In this document: one piece after another, positions 23,843-32,000 of the stretch | Numbering within the stretch: the stretch's first letter is position 1 | Layout: each line of letters starts with the position of its first letter | Assembly (NCBI RefSeq): GCF_900199515.1 | Contig: NZ_LT963434.1 | Coordinates: forward strand, 693,272 to 725,271 | Reading direction: 5' to 3' | Length of the DNA: 32,000 nucleotides | Source: Massilicoli timonensis | GTDB lineage: Bacteria; Bacillota_I; Bacilli_A; Erysipelotrichales; Erysipelotrichaceae | Translations under genes and position numbers: made by a program | The notes under the pieces: model-generated | What the model was told of the DNA's origin: nothing | Seen by the model: only the letters and a program-made list of their open reading frames with translations | The model's database searches: none

Positions 23843-24712
23843 ATGGATTTCTTATTGGATGCCCTGACCAACTGGCTGAAAGAAATGCTGGTGGGCGGTA
23901 TCATGGGAAACTTAACGGGGATGTTCGACAGCGTGAACCAGCAGGTCGCGGATATATCCGTACAGGTGGGCCAGACCCCGCAGGGCTGGAACGGCGACAT
24001 TTTCAACATGATCCAGAGCCTCTCCAACTCCATCATGGTGCCGATTGCAGGCGTGATCCTGGCCATCGTGATGACGCTGGAGCTGATCCAGATGATAACC
24101 GACCGTAACAACCTGCATGATGTGGACACCTGGATGATCTTCAAGTGGATGTTCAAATCCGCCGCCGCGATTTTGCTGGTCACCAACACCTGGAACCTCG
24201 TCATGGGCGTGTTCGACATGGCCCAAAGCGTGGTGGCCCAGGCGTCCGGCATCATCGGCTCGGACGCTTCCATCGACATCTCCGCCGTCATGACCGATAT
24301 GGAGTCCCGGCTGATGGATATGGACCTGGGGCCGCTGTTCGGCCTGTGGTTCCAGTCGCTCTTTATTGGCATCACCATGTGGGCGCTGTATATCTGCATT
24401 TTTATTGTCATTTATGGCCGCATGATCGAAATTTACCTTGTCACGTCGGTGGCCCCCATCCCGATGGCCACCATGATGGGCAAGGAATGGGGCGGCATGG
24501 GCCAGAACTACCTGCGCAGCCTGCTGGCGCTGGGCTTCCAGGCGTTTTTGATTATCGTCTGTGTGGCGATCTACGCCGTGCTGGTGCAGAACATCGCCAC
24601 CGAGGATGACATCATCATGGCAATCTGGACCTGCGTGGGCTACACGGTGCTGCTTTGCTTCACGCTGTTCAAGACCGGCAGTCTCGCCAAAGCAGTGTTT
24701 CAAGCGCACTGA
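23843..24712 (+). CDS. VirB6/TrbL-like polytopic membrane protein (CD0415/CD1112-type)
   Basis: ORF track, 289 aa. AAAGGAGG RBS. There are multiple hydrophobic helices. The position between Maff2 and PrgI/VirB4 fits the family. Confidence 0.7.
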   Translation: MDFLLDALTNWLKEMLVGGIMGNLTGMFDSVNQQVADISVQVGQTPQGWNGDIFNMIQSLSNSIMVPIAGVILAIVMTLELIQMITDRNNLHDVDTWMIFKWMFKSAAAILLVTNTWNLVMGVFDMAQSVVAQASGIIGSDASIDISAVMTDMESRLMDMDLGPLFGLWFQSLFIGITMWALYICIFIVIYGRMIEIYLVTSVAPIPMATMMGKEWGGMGQNYLRSLLALGFQAFLIIVCVAIYAVLVQNIATEDDIIMAIWTCVGYTVLLCFTLFKTGSLAKAVFQAH

Positions 24713-24724
24713 GGAGGCTTCCGC

Positions 24725-25261
24725 ATGGGAAAATATCAGATTATTTATGCAGACCCGCCCTGGAGCTACCGCAGCGGCAAGGTGCAGGGGGCAGCCCAAA
24801 ATCATTACCCAACCATGTCGGACGAACAGCTGTACCAACTTCCGGTATCTACGCTGGCTGCTGATACCAGTGTTTTATTTTTATGGTGTACTTTTCCCAA
24901 ATTGCCGGAAGCGTTGAACCTCATTAAAGCGTGGGGATTCACCTTCAAAACGGTTGCGTTTGTCTGGCTCAAGCAAAATAAATCCGGCAAGGGATTCTTC
25001 TTAGGGCTTGGCTGGTGGACAAGAAGCAATGCAGAGATTTGTCTGTTGGCTGTGAAAGGAAAACCCAAAAGGAAGAATGCCAGTGTCCGGCAGCTGGTTT
25101 TTGCACCTATTGAGCAACACAGCAAGAAACCTGATATTGTGAGAGATCGCATTTTGGAACTAATGGGCGATTTGCCGAGAATTGAGCTGTTTGCCCGCCA
25201 AGCCTCTCCTGGATGGGACGTTTGGGGCAATGAAGTAAATAGCTCTATCGAATTTCCGTAA
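24725..25261 (+). CDS. MT-A70 family N6-adenine DNA methyltransferase (orphan)
   Basis: ORF track, 178 aa. The catalytic DPPW motif occurs in IIYADPPWSY. GAGGAGG RBS. No cognate endonuclease is adjacent. Confidence 0.85.
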   Translation: MGKYQIIYADPPWSYRSGKVQGAAQNHYPTMSDEQLYQLPVSTLAADTSVLFLWCTFPKLPEALNLIKAWGFTFKTVAFVWLKQNKSGKGFFLGLGWWTRSNAEICLLAVKGKPKRKNASVRQLVFAPIEQHSKKPDIVRDRILELMGDLPRIELFARQASPGWDVWGNEVNSSIEFP

Positions 25262-25276
25262 AGGAGGGAAAAACGT

Positions 25277-25693
25277 ATGGCTTATGTACCCGTACCCAAA
25301 GACCTGACGAAAGTCAAAACCAAGGTCGCATTCAACCTGACCAAGAGGCAGCTTGTCTGCTTCGGCTGCGGGGCGCTCATCGGCGTGCCGCTTTTCTTTT
25401 TGCTCCGGGGTCCTGCTGGCAACAGCGTGGCGGCCATGTGCATGATGCTCGTCATGCTGCCCTTCTTCATGCTGGCGATGTATGAAAAACACGGCCAGCC
25501 CCTGGAAAAGATCATCGGCAACATCCTCAAGGTGGCCGTCATCCGGCCCAAGCAGCGCCCCTACCGCACCAACAACTTCTATGCCGTGTTGGAGCGGCAG
25601 GCAAATCTCGACAAGGAGGTGTATGACATTGTTCGCGGCAAAGACAAAGCGGCAGGCCGAACCGGCAGAGCCGCAGACCAAACCCCGGCGTAA
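25277..25693 (+). CDS. PrgI-family (VirB3-like) membrane protein
   Basis: ORF track, 138 aa. AAGGAGGG RBS. Two adjacent TM helices sit immediately upstream of the VirB4-like ATPase. Confidence 0.65.
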   Translation: MAYVPVPKDLTKVKTKVAFNLTKRQLVCFGCGALIGVPLFFLLRGPAGNSVAAMCMMLVMLPFFMLAMYEKHGQPLEKIIGNILKVAVIRPKQRPYRTNNFYAVLERQANLDKEVYDIVRGKDKAAGRTGRAADQTPA

Positions 25694-28070
25694 GCTGACC
25701 CGCGTCGAACGAAAACAGATCGAGGCAGCGATTGCCTGCGCCAACCGCACAGGCAAAAAGGAACAGTCCGCCCAGGACAGCATCCCCTATGAACGGATGT
25801 GGCCGGACGGCATCTGCAAGGTGGCGGATGGCCGCTACACCAAGACCATCCAGTTCCAGGACATCAACTACCAGCTGAGCCAGAACGAGGACAAGACCGC
25901 CATCTTCGAGGGATGGTGTGATTTTCTCAACTATTTTGACAGCTCCATCCGTTTCCAGCTGTCCTTTTTGAACCTGGCGGCGTCCCAGGAGACCTTCGCC
26001 AACAGCATCACCATCCCGGCTCAGGGGGATGACTTTGACCCCATCCGGGTGGAGTACACGCAGATGCTGCAAAATCAGCTGGCGCGGGGCAACAACGGTC
26101 TCATCAAGACCAAGTACCTGACCTTTTCCATCGAGGCCGACAGCATCCGCTCCGCCAAGCCCCGTCTGGAGCGCATCGAGACTGATGTGCTGAACAACTT
26201 CAAGCGGCTGGGCGTGGCCGCCGAGGTCCTGGACGGCAAAGCCCGGCTGGCCCAGCTCCACGCCATCTTCCACATGGACGAGCAGGCGCCGTTCCAGTTC
26301 GAGTGGGACTGGCTGGCCCCCAGCGGCCTTTCCACCAAAGACTTTATCGCCCCGTCCGGCTTCGAGTTCCGTACCGGCAAGCAGTTCCGCATGGGAAAGA
26401 AGTACGGGGCTGTCAGCTTCGTGCAGATTCTGGCCCCGGAACTGAATGACCGTATGCTGGCGGACTTTCTCGATATGGAAAGTTCCCTCATCGTCAATCT
26501 GCACATCCAGTCGGTGGACCAGGTGAAGGCCATCAAGACGGTGAAGCGCAAGATCACCGACCTGGACCGCAGCAAGATCGAGGAACAGAAAAAGGCCGTC
26601 CGCGCCGGGTATGACATGGACATCATCCCCTCTGACCTTGCCACCTACGGGGCCGAGGCCAAGAAGCTGTTGCAGGACCTGCAAAGCCGCAACGAGCGGA
26701 TGTTCCTGGTGACGTTCCTGGTGCTGAACACGGCGGACAATCCCCGCCAGCTGGGCAACAACATCTTCCAGGCCAGCTCCATCGCGCAGAAGTACAACTG
26801 CCAGCTGACCCGGCTGGACTTCCAGCAGGAGGAAGGCTTGATGTCCTCTCTGCCGCTGGGGCTGAACCAGGTGGAAATTCAGCGGGGGCTGACTACCAGC
26901 TCCACCGCCATCTTCGTGCCGTTCACCACCCAGGAGCTTTTTCAAAACGGAAAAGAGGCGCTGTACTACGGCATCAACGCCCTGTCCAACAACCTCATTA
27001 TGGTGGACCGAAAGCTGCTGAAAAACCCCAACGGCCTGATTTTAGGCACGCCGGGCAGCGGCAAATCGTTCAGCGCCAAGCGCGAGATCGCCAACTGCTT
27101 CCTGCTGACTTCGGATGATGTCATCATCTGCGACCCGGAGGCCGAGTACGCGCCGCTGGTGGAGCGCCTGCACGGGCAGGTCATCAAGATTTCGCCCACC
27201 TCCACCAACTACATCAACCCGATGGACCTGAACCTGGACTATTCGGACGATGAAAGCCCGCTGTCCCTGAAATCCGACTTTATCCTGTCGCTGTGCGAGC
27301 TGATCGTGGGCGGCAAGGACGGGTTGCAGCCGGTGCAGAAAACCATCATTGACCGCTGTGTGCGGCTGGTGTATCAGGACTACCTCAACGATCCGCGCCC
27401 GGAGAATATGCCCATTCTGGAGGACCTGTACGACCTGCTGCGGGTGCAGGATGAGAAAGAGGCGCAGTACATCGCCACGGCGCTGGAAATCTACGTCACC
27501 GGCTCCCTCAACGTGTTCAACCACCGCAGCAACGTGGACATCAACAACCGCATTGTCTGCTATGACATCAAGGAACTGGGGAAGCAACTCAAAAAGATCG
27601 GGATGCTGGTGGTGCAGGACCAGGTGTGGAACCGCGTCACCATCAACCGGGCCGCTCACAAGTCCACCCGCTACTACATCGACGAGATGCACCTGCTCTT
27701 GAAAGAGGAACAGACCGCCGCCTACACGGTGGAGATTTGGAAGCGGTTCAGAAAGTGGGGCGGAATCCCGACCGGGATTACGCAGAACGTCAAGGACCTG
27801 CTTTCTTCCCGCGAGGTGGAGAACATCTTTGAAAACTCCGACTTCGTGTATATGCTCAACCAGGCGGGCGGTGACCGGCAGATTTTGGCCCGGCAGCTGG
27901 GCATTTCCCCGCACCAGCTGTCCTATGTGACCCACTCCGGCGAGGGCGAGGGGCTGCTGTTCTACGGCTCCACGATTCTGCCCTTTGTGGATCACTTCCC
28001 GAAAAACACCGAACTGTATCGCATTATGACGACCAAACCCCAGGAAATGAAGGAGGCTGATAGACGATGA
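25623..28070 (+). CDS. VirB4/TraE-like type IV secretion ATPase
   Basis: ORF track 25482..28070. I place the start at ATG 25623 (GGAGGTG RBS), giving a 71-nt overlap with the PrgI gene. Walker A is GTPGSGKSF. Walker B is YYIDEMH. The N-terminal pattern is SIPYERMWPDGICKV...IQFQDINYQL. Confidence 0.9.
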   Translation: MTLFAAKTKRQAEPAEPQTKPRRKLTRVERKQIEAAIACANRTGKKEQSAQDSIPYERMWPDGICKVADGRYTKTIQFQDINYQLSQNEDKTAIFEGWCDFLNYFDSSIRFQLSFLNLAASQETFANSITIPAQGDDFDPIRVEYTQMLQNQLARGNNGLIKTKYLTFSIEADSIRSAKPRLERIETDVLNNFKRLGVAAEVLDGKARLAQLHAIFHMDEQAPFQFEWDWLAPSGLSTKDFIAPSGFEFRTGKQFRMGKKYGAVSFVQILAPELNDRMLADFLDMESSLIVNLHIQSVDQVKAIKTVKRKITDLDRSKIEEQKKAVRAGYDMDIIPSDLATYGAEAKKLLQDLQSRNERMFLVTFLVLNTADNPRQLGNNIFQASSIAQKYNCQLTRLDFQQEEGLMSSLPLGLNQVEIQRGLTTSSTAIFVPFTTQELFQNGKEALYYGINALSNNLIMVDRKLLKNPNGLILGTPGSGKSFSAKREIANCFLLTSDDVIICDPEAEYAPLVERLHGQVIKISPTSTNYINPMDLNLDYSDDESPLSLKSDFILSLCELIVGGKDGLQPVQKTIIDRCVRLVYQDYLNDPRPENMPILEDLYDLLRVQDEKEAQYIATALEIYVTGSLNVFNHRSNVDINNRIVCYDIKELGKQLKKIGMLVVQDQVWNRVTINRAAHKSTRYYIDEMHLLLKEEQTAAYTVEIWKRFRKWGGIPTGITQNVKDLLSSREVENIFENSDFVYMLNQAGGDRQILARQLGISPHQLSYVTHSGEGEGLLFYGSTILPFVDHFPKNTELYRIMTTKPQEMKEADRR

Positions 28071-28447
28071 AACCCGAAATTCTGCATAACGACCACATGA
28101 TGTTTCTGGACCGGGCGCTGGAAACCCAGCGCACCGCGCTCCTGACGGCGATGGCGGACGCTGTTTCCGAGTGCCGCACGGCGGCGGATCAGGCCGCTGA
28201 ACTGACCGAGACCGGCGAGACCGGCCTGCTGCGGCTGGTGGAGATTCTGTGCGCCGCCAAGGTCCAGCGCGGGCAGGCCGGTGAGACTGTGCTGGAGGGC
28301 ACCGAGGTCCAGATTTTGGCCGACGTAGTGGCCCAGCTCTACGCCTGCCTGACCGAGTGCCGCTTCGTGGGTCCGCTGGGGCTGGCGGCCTATGCGGAGC
28401 TTTCCAGCATGGCGGCCTCCCTCATGCTGGGGGAATGGTTTGATTAA
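28067..28447 (+). CDS. hypothetical Ala/Glu-rich protein
   Basis: ORF track, 126 aa. ATGA overlap with the virB4-like stop. It shares the operon and codon bias of its neighbours. No motif recognised. Confidence 0.5.
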   Translation: MKPEILHNDHMMFLDRALETQRTALLTAMADAVSECRTAADQAAELTETGETGLLRLVEILCAAKVQRGQAGETVLEGTEVQILADVVAQLYACLTECRFVGPLGLAAYAELSSMAASLMLGEWFD

Positions 28448-30173
28448 GGAACCGCGCCTGCGCTTCACGGAGGAAGAACGGGCGGACCCGGCGCTGGAAA
28501 AGCCCATCCGCAAGGCGGAAAAGGCTGCCGCCAAAGCGGATAAGGTGCAGGCAAAAATCCCGAAAAAGCAGGTCAAGCGGGCCGAGGTGGACCCCAAGAC
28601 CGGCAAGGTCACGACCAAGCTGGTGCTGGAGGATAAGCCCCGGCCGCCCTCCAAACTGTCCCATACGGTGCGGGACGCGCCGGGCAACGCGGTGGCGGGT
28701 AAGCTCCATCAGGAGATCCGCAAGACCGAGGACGATAACGTGGGCGTGGAGAGCGCCCACAAGTCCGAGGAAGCCGTAGAGACCGGCGTGCATCTGGTCC
28801 GGGAGGGCTACCGCAGCCACAAACTGAAACCTTACCGCAAGGCCGCCCAGGCCGAGCGGAAGCTGGAAAAAGCCAACATCGAGGCGCTGTTCCAGAAGTC
28901 TGTCTATGAAAACCCTGCGGCAGCCAGCAACCCGCTGTCCCGCTGGCAGCAGAAACAGCAGATCAAGAAGCAGTACGCCGCCGCCAAACGGGCCGCACAG
29001 TTCGGCGGGAGCGCCGCCGGTGCCGCCCAAAAGACCGGCAAGGCGGCCAAGACGGTCAAGGAGAAAGCCCAGCAGGCCGGGGCCTATGTGATGCGCCACA
29101 AAAAGGGCTTCGGCATCGTGCTGGCGATTTTCCTGCTGGTCTGCCTGCTGCTCAACACCATGTCCTCCTGTTCCATGATGGCGCAGAGCATCGGTTCGGC
29201 GATCTCCGGCACCACCTACCCCTCCGATGACCCGGAGCTGGTGGCGGTGGAGGCCGACTACGCCGCCAAGGAGGCCGCGCTGCAAGCCGAGATCGACAAC
29301 ATCGAGAGCAGCCACCCCGGCTATGACGAGTACCGCTATGACCTGGATATGATCGGCCACGACCCCCACGAGCTGGCGGCCTACCTGTCCGCTGTGCTGC
29401 AAGGCTACACGCGGGCAAGCGCCCAGGCGGAGCTGGAACGCATTTTCGCGGCCCAATACCAGCTGACGCTGACCGAGGAAGTGGAGGTGCGCTACCGCAC
29501 CGAGACCCGGACAGACAGCGAGGGCAACGAGTATGACGTGGAAGTGCCCTACAACTACTACATCTTAAATGTGACCCTCACCAGCAAGCCCATCTCCTCC
29601 GTGGCGTTGGAGCTGCTGACGCCGGATCAGCTGGAAATGTACCAGGTGTACCGGCAGACGCTGGGCAACAAGCCCCTGATCTTCGGCGGCGGGTCCGCCG
29701 ACACCAGCGATTCCGAGAGTTTGGCCGGTGTGGAGTTTGTCAACGGCACCCGGCCCGGCAATCAGGCGGTGGTGGACATCGCCAAAAGCCAGGTGGGCAA
29801 CGTGGGCGGCCAGCCCTATTGGAGCTGGTACGGCTTTAATTCCCGCGTGGAGTGGTGCGCTTGCTTCGTGTCCTGGTGTTACGGCCAGATGGGCCTTTCC
29901 GAGCCGCGCTTTGCCGCCTGCCAGTCCCAGGGCATCCCCTGGTTCCAGTCGCACGGACAATGGGGCGGGCGGGATTACGCCAACATCGCCCCAGGCGACG
30001 CTATCTTCTTCGATTGGGACTTGGATGGCAGCGCCGACCATGTGGGCATCGTAGTGGGCACCGACGGCAGCCGGGTTTACACCGTAGAGGGTAATTCCGG
30101 CGACGCCTGCAAAATCAAGAGTTATTCCCTGACCTACGAGTGCATCAAGGGCTACGGCTTGATGAACTGGTGA
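28440..30173 (+). CDS. membrane-anchored CHAP/NlpC-P60-type peptidoglycan hydrolase of the T4SS
   Basis: ORF track 28392..30173. The likely start is TTG 28440 (GGGGGAA upstream). A TM helix is FGIVLAIFLLVCLLLN. The C-terminal CHAP pattern is PYWSWYG...VEWCACFVSWCY ... DHVGIVVG ... TVEGNSG. Confidence 0.8.
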   Translation: MIKEPRLRFTEEERADPALEKPIRKAEKAAAKADKVQAKIPKKQVKRAEVDPKTGKVTTKLVLEDKPRPPSKLSHTVRDAPGNAVAGKLHQEIRKTEDDNVGVESAHKSEEAVETGVHLVREGYRSHKLKPYRKAAQAERKLEKANIEALFQKSVYENPAAASNPLSRWQQKQQIKKQYAAAKRAAQFGGSAAGAAQKTGKAAKTVKEKAQQAGAYVMRHKKGFGIVLAIFLLVCLLLNTMSSCSMMAQSIGSAISGTTYPSDDPELVAVEADYAAKEAALQAEIDNIESSHPGYDEYRYDLDMIGHDPHELAAYLSAVLQGYTRASAQAELERIFAAQYQLTLTEEVEVRYRTETRTDSEGNEYDVEVPYNYYILNVTLTSKPISSVALELLTPDQLEMYQVYRQTLGNKPLIFGGGSADTSDSESLAGVEFVNGTRPGNQAVVDIAKSQVGNVGGQPYWSWYGFNSRVEWCACFVSWCYGQMGLSEPRFAACQSQGIPWFQSHGQWGGRDYANIAPGDAIFFDWDLDGSADHVGIVVGTDGSRVYTVEGNSGDACKIKSYSLTYECIKGYGLMNW

Positions 30174-30206
30174 CAAATTTTTATGAAGAATAGGAGTGAT
30201 TTGACT

Positions 30207-30461
30207 ATGGCTAAAAACAAAATCGAGCGCATCGACCAGGAGATCGCCAAAACCCGCGAGAAGATCGCGGAACAGCAGGAAAAGCTGAAAGACCTGGAAG
30301 CGCAGAAAACCGAGGCGGAGAACCTGGAGATCGTCCAGATGGTGCGCGCCCTGCGTATGACCCCGGCCCAGCTGTCCGCCATGCTGTCTGGCGGCATGGT
30401 GCCCGGCCGGGCGGTGGGTTCTGCCAATCCCGAACAGGAGGAAATGACCCATGAAGAATAA
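30207..30461 (+). CDS. DUF4315-type coiled-coil protein
   Basis: ORF track 30183..30461. AGGAGTGA RBS, then ATG 30207. The sequence is [49 protein letters not shown]. Confidence 0.6.
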   Translation: MAKNKIERIDQEIAKTREKIAEQQEKLKDLEAQKTEAENLEIVQMVRALRMTPAQLSAMLSGGMVPGRAVGSANPEQEEMTHEE

Positions 30462-31233
30462 AAAGATTTTCAGAACCTTTGCCGCCCTTTGCACCTGCCT
30501 GATGCTGATGGGCGGCTTCTCTGTGACCGCCTTTGCCCAGGGCACTGACCCTGCGCCCACGGCCACACCGGCGGCGGACGCCACCAACGACAGCAACGTG
30601 GTGGTGGAGGAAACCGAGGACAGCCCCGCCCTGACCCCGGAGGGCAACGCCGCCCTGGTGGATGACTTTGGCGGCAACAAGCAGCTCATCACCGTCACCA
30701 CCAAGGCGGGTAACTATTTTTACATCCTCATTGACCGCGCCAACGAGGACAAGGAGACCGCCGTCCACTTCTTGAACCAGGTGGACGAGGCCGACCTGGA
30801 GGCGCTGATGGAGGACGGCGAGACGGCGGAGGAAACGCCCGCCGTCTGCAACTGCACGGAAAAGTGCGCCGCCGGTGCGGTGAATACGGCCTGCCCGGTG
30901 TGCGCCGTGAATATGGCAGAGTGTACGGGCCAGGAGCCGGAACCCACCCCTGACCCGGAAACAGAGCCGGAGCCGGAACAGGAACCGGCAGGGCTGAACC
31001 CGGCGATGCTGCTGGTGGTGCTGGCTGTGCTGGGCGGCATCGGTGCGCTGGTCTACTTCAAATTCATCAAGCAGAAGCCCAAGACCAAGGGCAGCGACAA
31101 CCTGGATGATTACGACTACGGCGAGGACGATACCGAACAGGAGGACGAGGACCCTTGGGAGACCGAGGAATCTGACGAGCCGGAGGACGCCGGCGGGGGC
31201 GGCGATGAGGAAAGCGAGAACCCGGCCAAATGA
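30451..31233 (+). CDS. DUF4366 / CD1107-type secreted, membrane-anchored conjugation protein
   Basis: ORF track, 260 aa. It has a signal-peptide-like N-terminus and the block [37 protein letters not shown] Cys cluster is [26 protein letters not shown]. It ends in a C-terminal TM helix and an acidic tail. Confidence 0.7.
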   Translation: MKNKKIFRTFAALCTCLMLMGGFSVTAFAQGTDPAPTATPAADATNDSNVVVEETEDSPALTPEGNAALVDDFGGNKQLITVTTKAGNYFYILIDRANEDKETAVHFLNQVDEADLEALMEDGETAEETPAVCNCTEKCAAGAVNTACPVCAVNMAECTGQEPEPTPDPETEPEPEQEPAGLNPAMLLVVLAVLGGIGALVYFKFIKQKPKTKGSDNLDDYDYGEDDTEQEDEDPWETEESDEPEDAGGGGDEESENPAK

Positions 31234-31430
31234 CCCGGTTCACCGACAGCCCTTATGAACCCATGATGACGCGCAGGCCGGAGGGCGGGAAGGCAGCTTC
31301 CCGTCCTCCCTCTTTATCTCCCGGCCACCCCTGCTATGGCTGCGGAACCTACCGCCCCGGCCAGCCCTGCGTGGGCTTCTGCCACAAAGAACTGACTGCG
31401 TGGCTGCGCGAAAGGAGAAAAGCAAAATGA
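31230..31430 (+). CDS. cysteine-rich VLP-type small protein
   Basis: ORF track, 66 aa. The motif is [27 protein letters not shown] overlaps occur at both ends. Confidence 0.6.
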   Translation: MTRFTDSPYEPMMTRRPEGGKAASRPPSLSPGHPCYGCGTYRPGQPCVGFCHKELTAWLRERRKAK

Positions 31431-32000
31431 ATTATTTTATCCAATTTCTCATTGTGTTCGACCTGATCTGCTTCGGCGTCTACTTTGGCGGCGACATCGT
31501 TTGCACGGCGCTCGCCAAGGTGCGCAAAAAGACAGACGAAGAAGAATTTGAAATCTACAAAGTGGAGGACGATACAGACACCTCCAAACCGGCGCTGTCC
31601 ATCGACGCCATCCGCCACTTGTTCCGCGGCGAGGTCCACGATTTTGTCTGCAACAAACTTCTACCCAGCGGGCAGGAAACCCTTTCCGCTCTGACCGAGC
31701 CGGAGCAGACAGCGGCCCGGTTCCTGTTCCGCGCCTTGATCGGCTATCTCAAAGAGGAAGCCCCGATGGATGAGCAGAGCTTCCCGATGGTGATGGAGAT
31801 GCTGAACTATGCCGAGGGCGCGAAAGAGGACGGCGACAAGGACGTGATCGACATTCTGATGGAGGAAACCGCCGCCCGGACACATCTGCGCGAGGAATAT
31901 TTCAGCGATTACCGCCGTTACCAGCTCATGCAGGTGGATAAGACGCGGGTGCTGCTGGCCTGCCGTGTCATCATCAACGACCTGCTGGGAAAGCTGTACC
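31427..32000 (+). CDS. hypothetical protein, partial (runs off the window), with a segment resembling the coupling-protein all-alpha region
   Basis: Absent from the ORF track because no stop lies in the window. ATG 31427 overlaps the previous TGA. My translation reads [35 protein letters not shown]...TEPEQTAARFLFRALIGYLKEEAPMDEQSFPMVMEMLNYAEG... The frame stays open to 32000. Confidence 0.6.
   Translation, partial: MNYFIQFLIVFDLICFGVYFGGDIVCTALAKVRKKTDEEEFEIYKVEDDTDTSKPALSIDAIRHLFRGEVHDFVCNKLLPSGQETLSALTEPEQTAARFLFRALIGYLKEEAPMDEQSFPMVMEMLNYAEGAKEDGDKDVIDILMEETAARTHLREEYFSDYRRYQLMQVDKTRVLLACRVIINDLLGKLY

Larger units (their letters stand above)
16673..32000 (+). mobile_element. left part of a GC-rich conjugative element (ICE or plasmid-derived) with a Firmicutes-type T4SS
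   Basis: A compositional jump occurs here: a hand count gave 65% GC at 17041..17100, against 20-42% in lines of the left domain. A contiguous plus-strand set runs parA-parB-rep-like-PcfB-VirD4-Maff2-VirB6-PrgI-VirB4-CHAP-DUF4315-DUF4366. The element continues beyond 32000. Confidence 0.8.

Noticed and set aside
16927-30768. Many long minus-strand ORFs in the GC-rich half, for example 20352-21269, 21636-22496, 23912-24838, 25539-26945, 27042-27995, 28422-29456 and 29565-30704
   Set aside because: These are typical antisense shadow ORFs of high-GC DNA, rich in Arg, Gly, His, Leu and Val. They have no RBSs and no motifs, and each fully overlaps a plus-strand gene with recognisable conjugation-family signatures.
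1-32000. CRISPR arrays, tRNA, rRNA and other structured RNA genes
   Set aside because: I saw no regularly spaced direct repeats, no cloverleaf-like segments and no rRNA-like conserved blocks. Intergenic regions are short except those discussed in the findings.

Overview
The window is a 32-kb mosaic of accessory and mobile DNA with two sharply different compositions.

**Domain 1, 1 to about 16.7 kb.** This part is AT-rich; my hand counts of single 60-nt lines gave 20-42% GC. It looks like a Firmicutes-type defence and mobilisation island. In order it contains:
- a CD-NTase (CBASS-type cyclase) gene cut by the left window edge, preceded by a co-directional XRE / ImmA-peptidase pair
- decayed transposase fragments
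- a TetR-flavodoxin-KTR-MGMT-like cluster
- a decayed tnpV
- a gap-free seven-gene plus-strand operon: abiEi, abiEii, a small membrane-anchored ORF, type III mod, type III res, a 309-aa unknown and a 179-aa four-TM unknown
- a convergent mobilisation module: tnpV, MobV relaxase with candidate oriT, AAA ATPase, MobC, and the 3' stub of a tyrosine integrase

**Domain 2, about 16.7 to 32 kb.** This part is GC-rich; hand counts gave 55-65% GC. It is the left part of a Clostridia-type conjugative element. It carries parA, parB, a replication-initiator-like HTH protein, a Bro-N/KilAC antirepressor, PcfB, a VirD4-like coupling protein, Maff2, a VirB6-like protein, an MT-A70 methyltransferase of lower GC, PrgI, a VirB4-like ATPase, a CHAP hydrolase, DUF4315, DUF4366, a Cys-rich VLP protein and a partial ORF.

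I recognised no rRNA, tRNA or CRISPR array.

The best candidate for an undescribed system is the translationally coupled pair 11676-12605 plus 12602-13141 at the tail of the AbiE / type III R-M operon. All family assignments come from motif recognition by eye and need profile searches to confirm.
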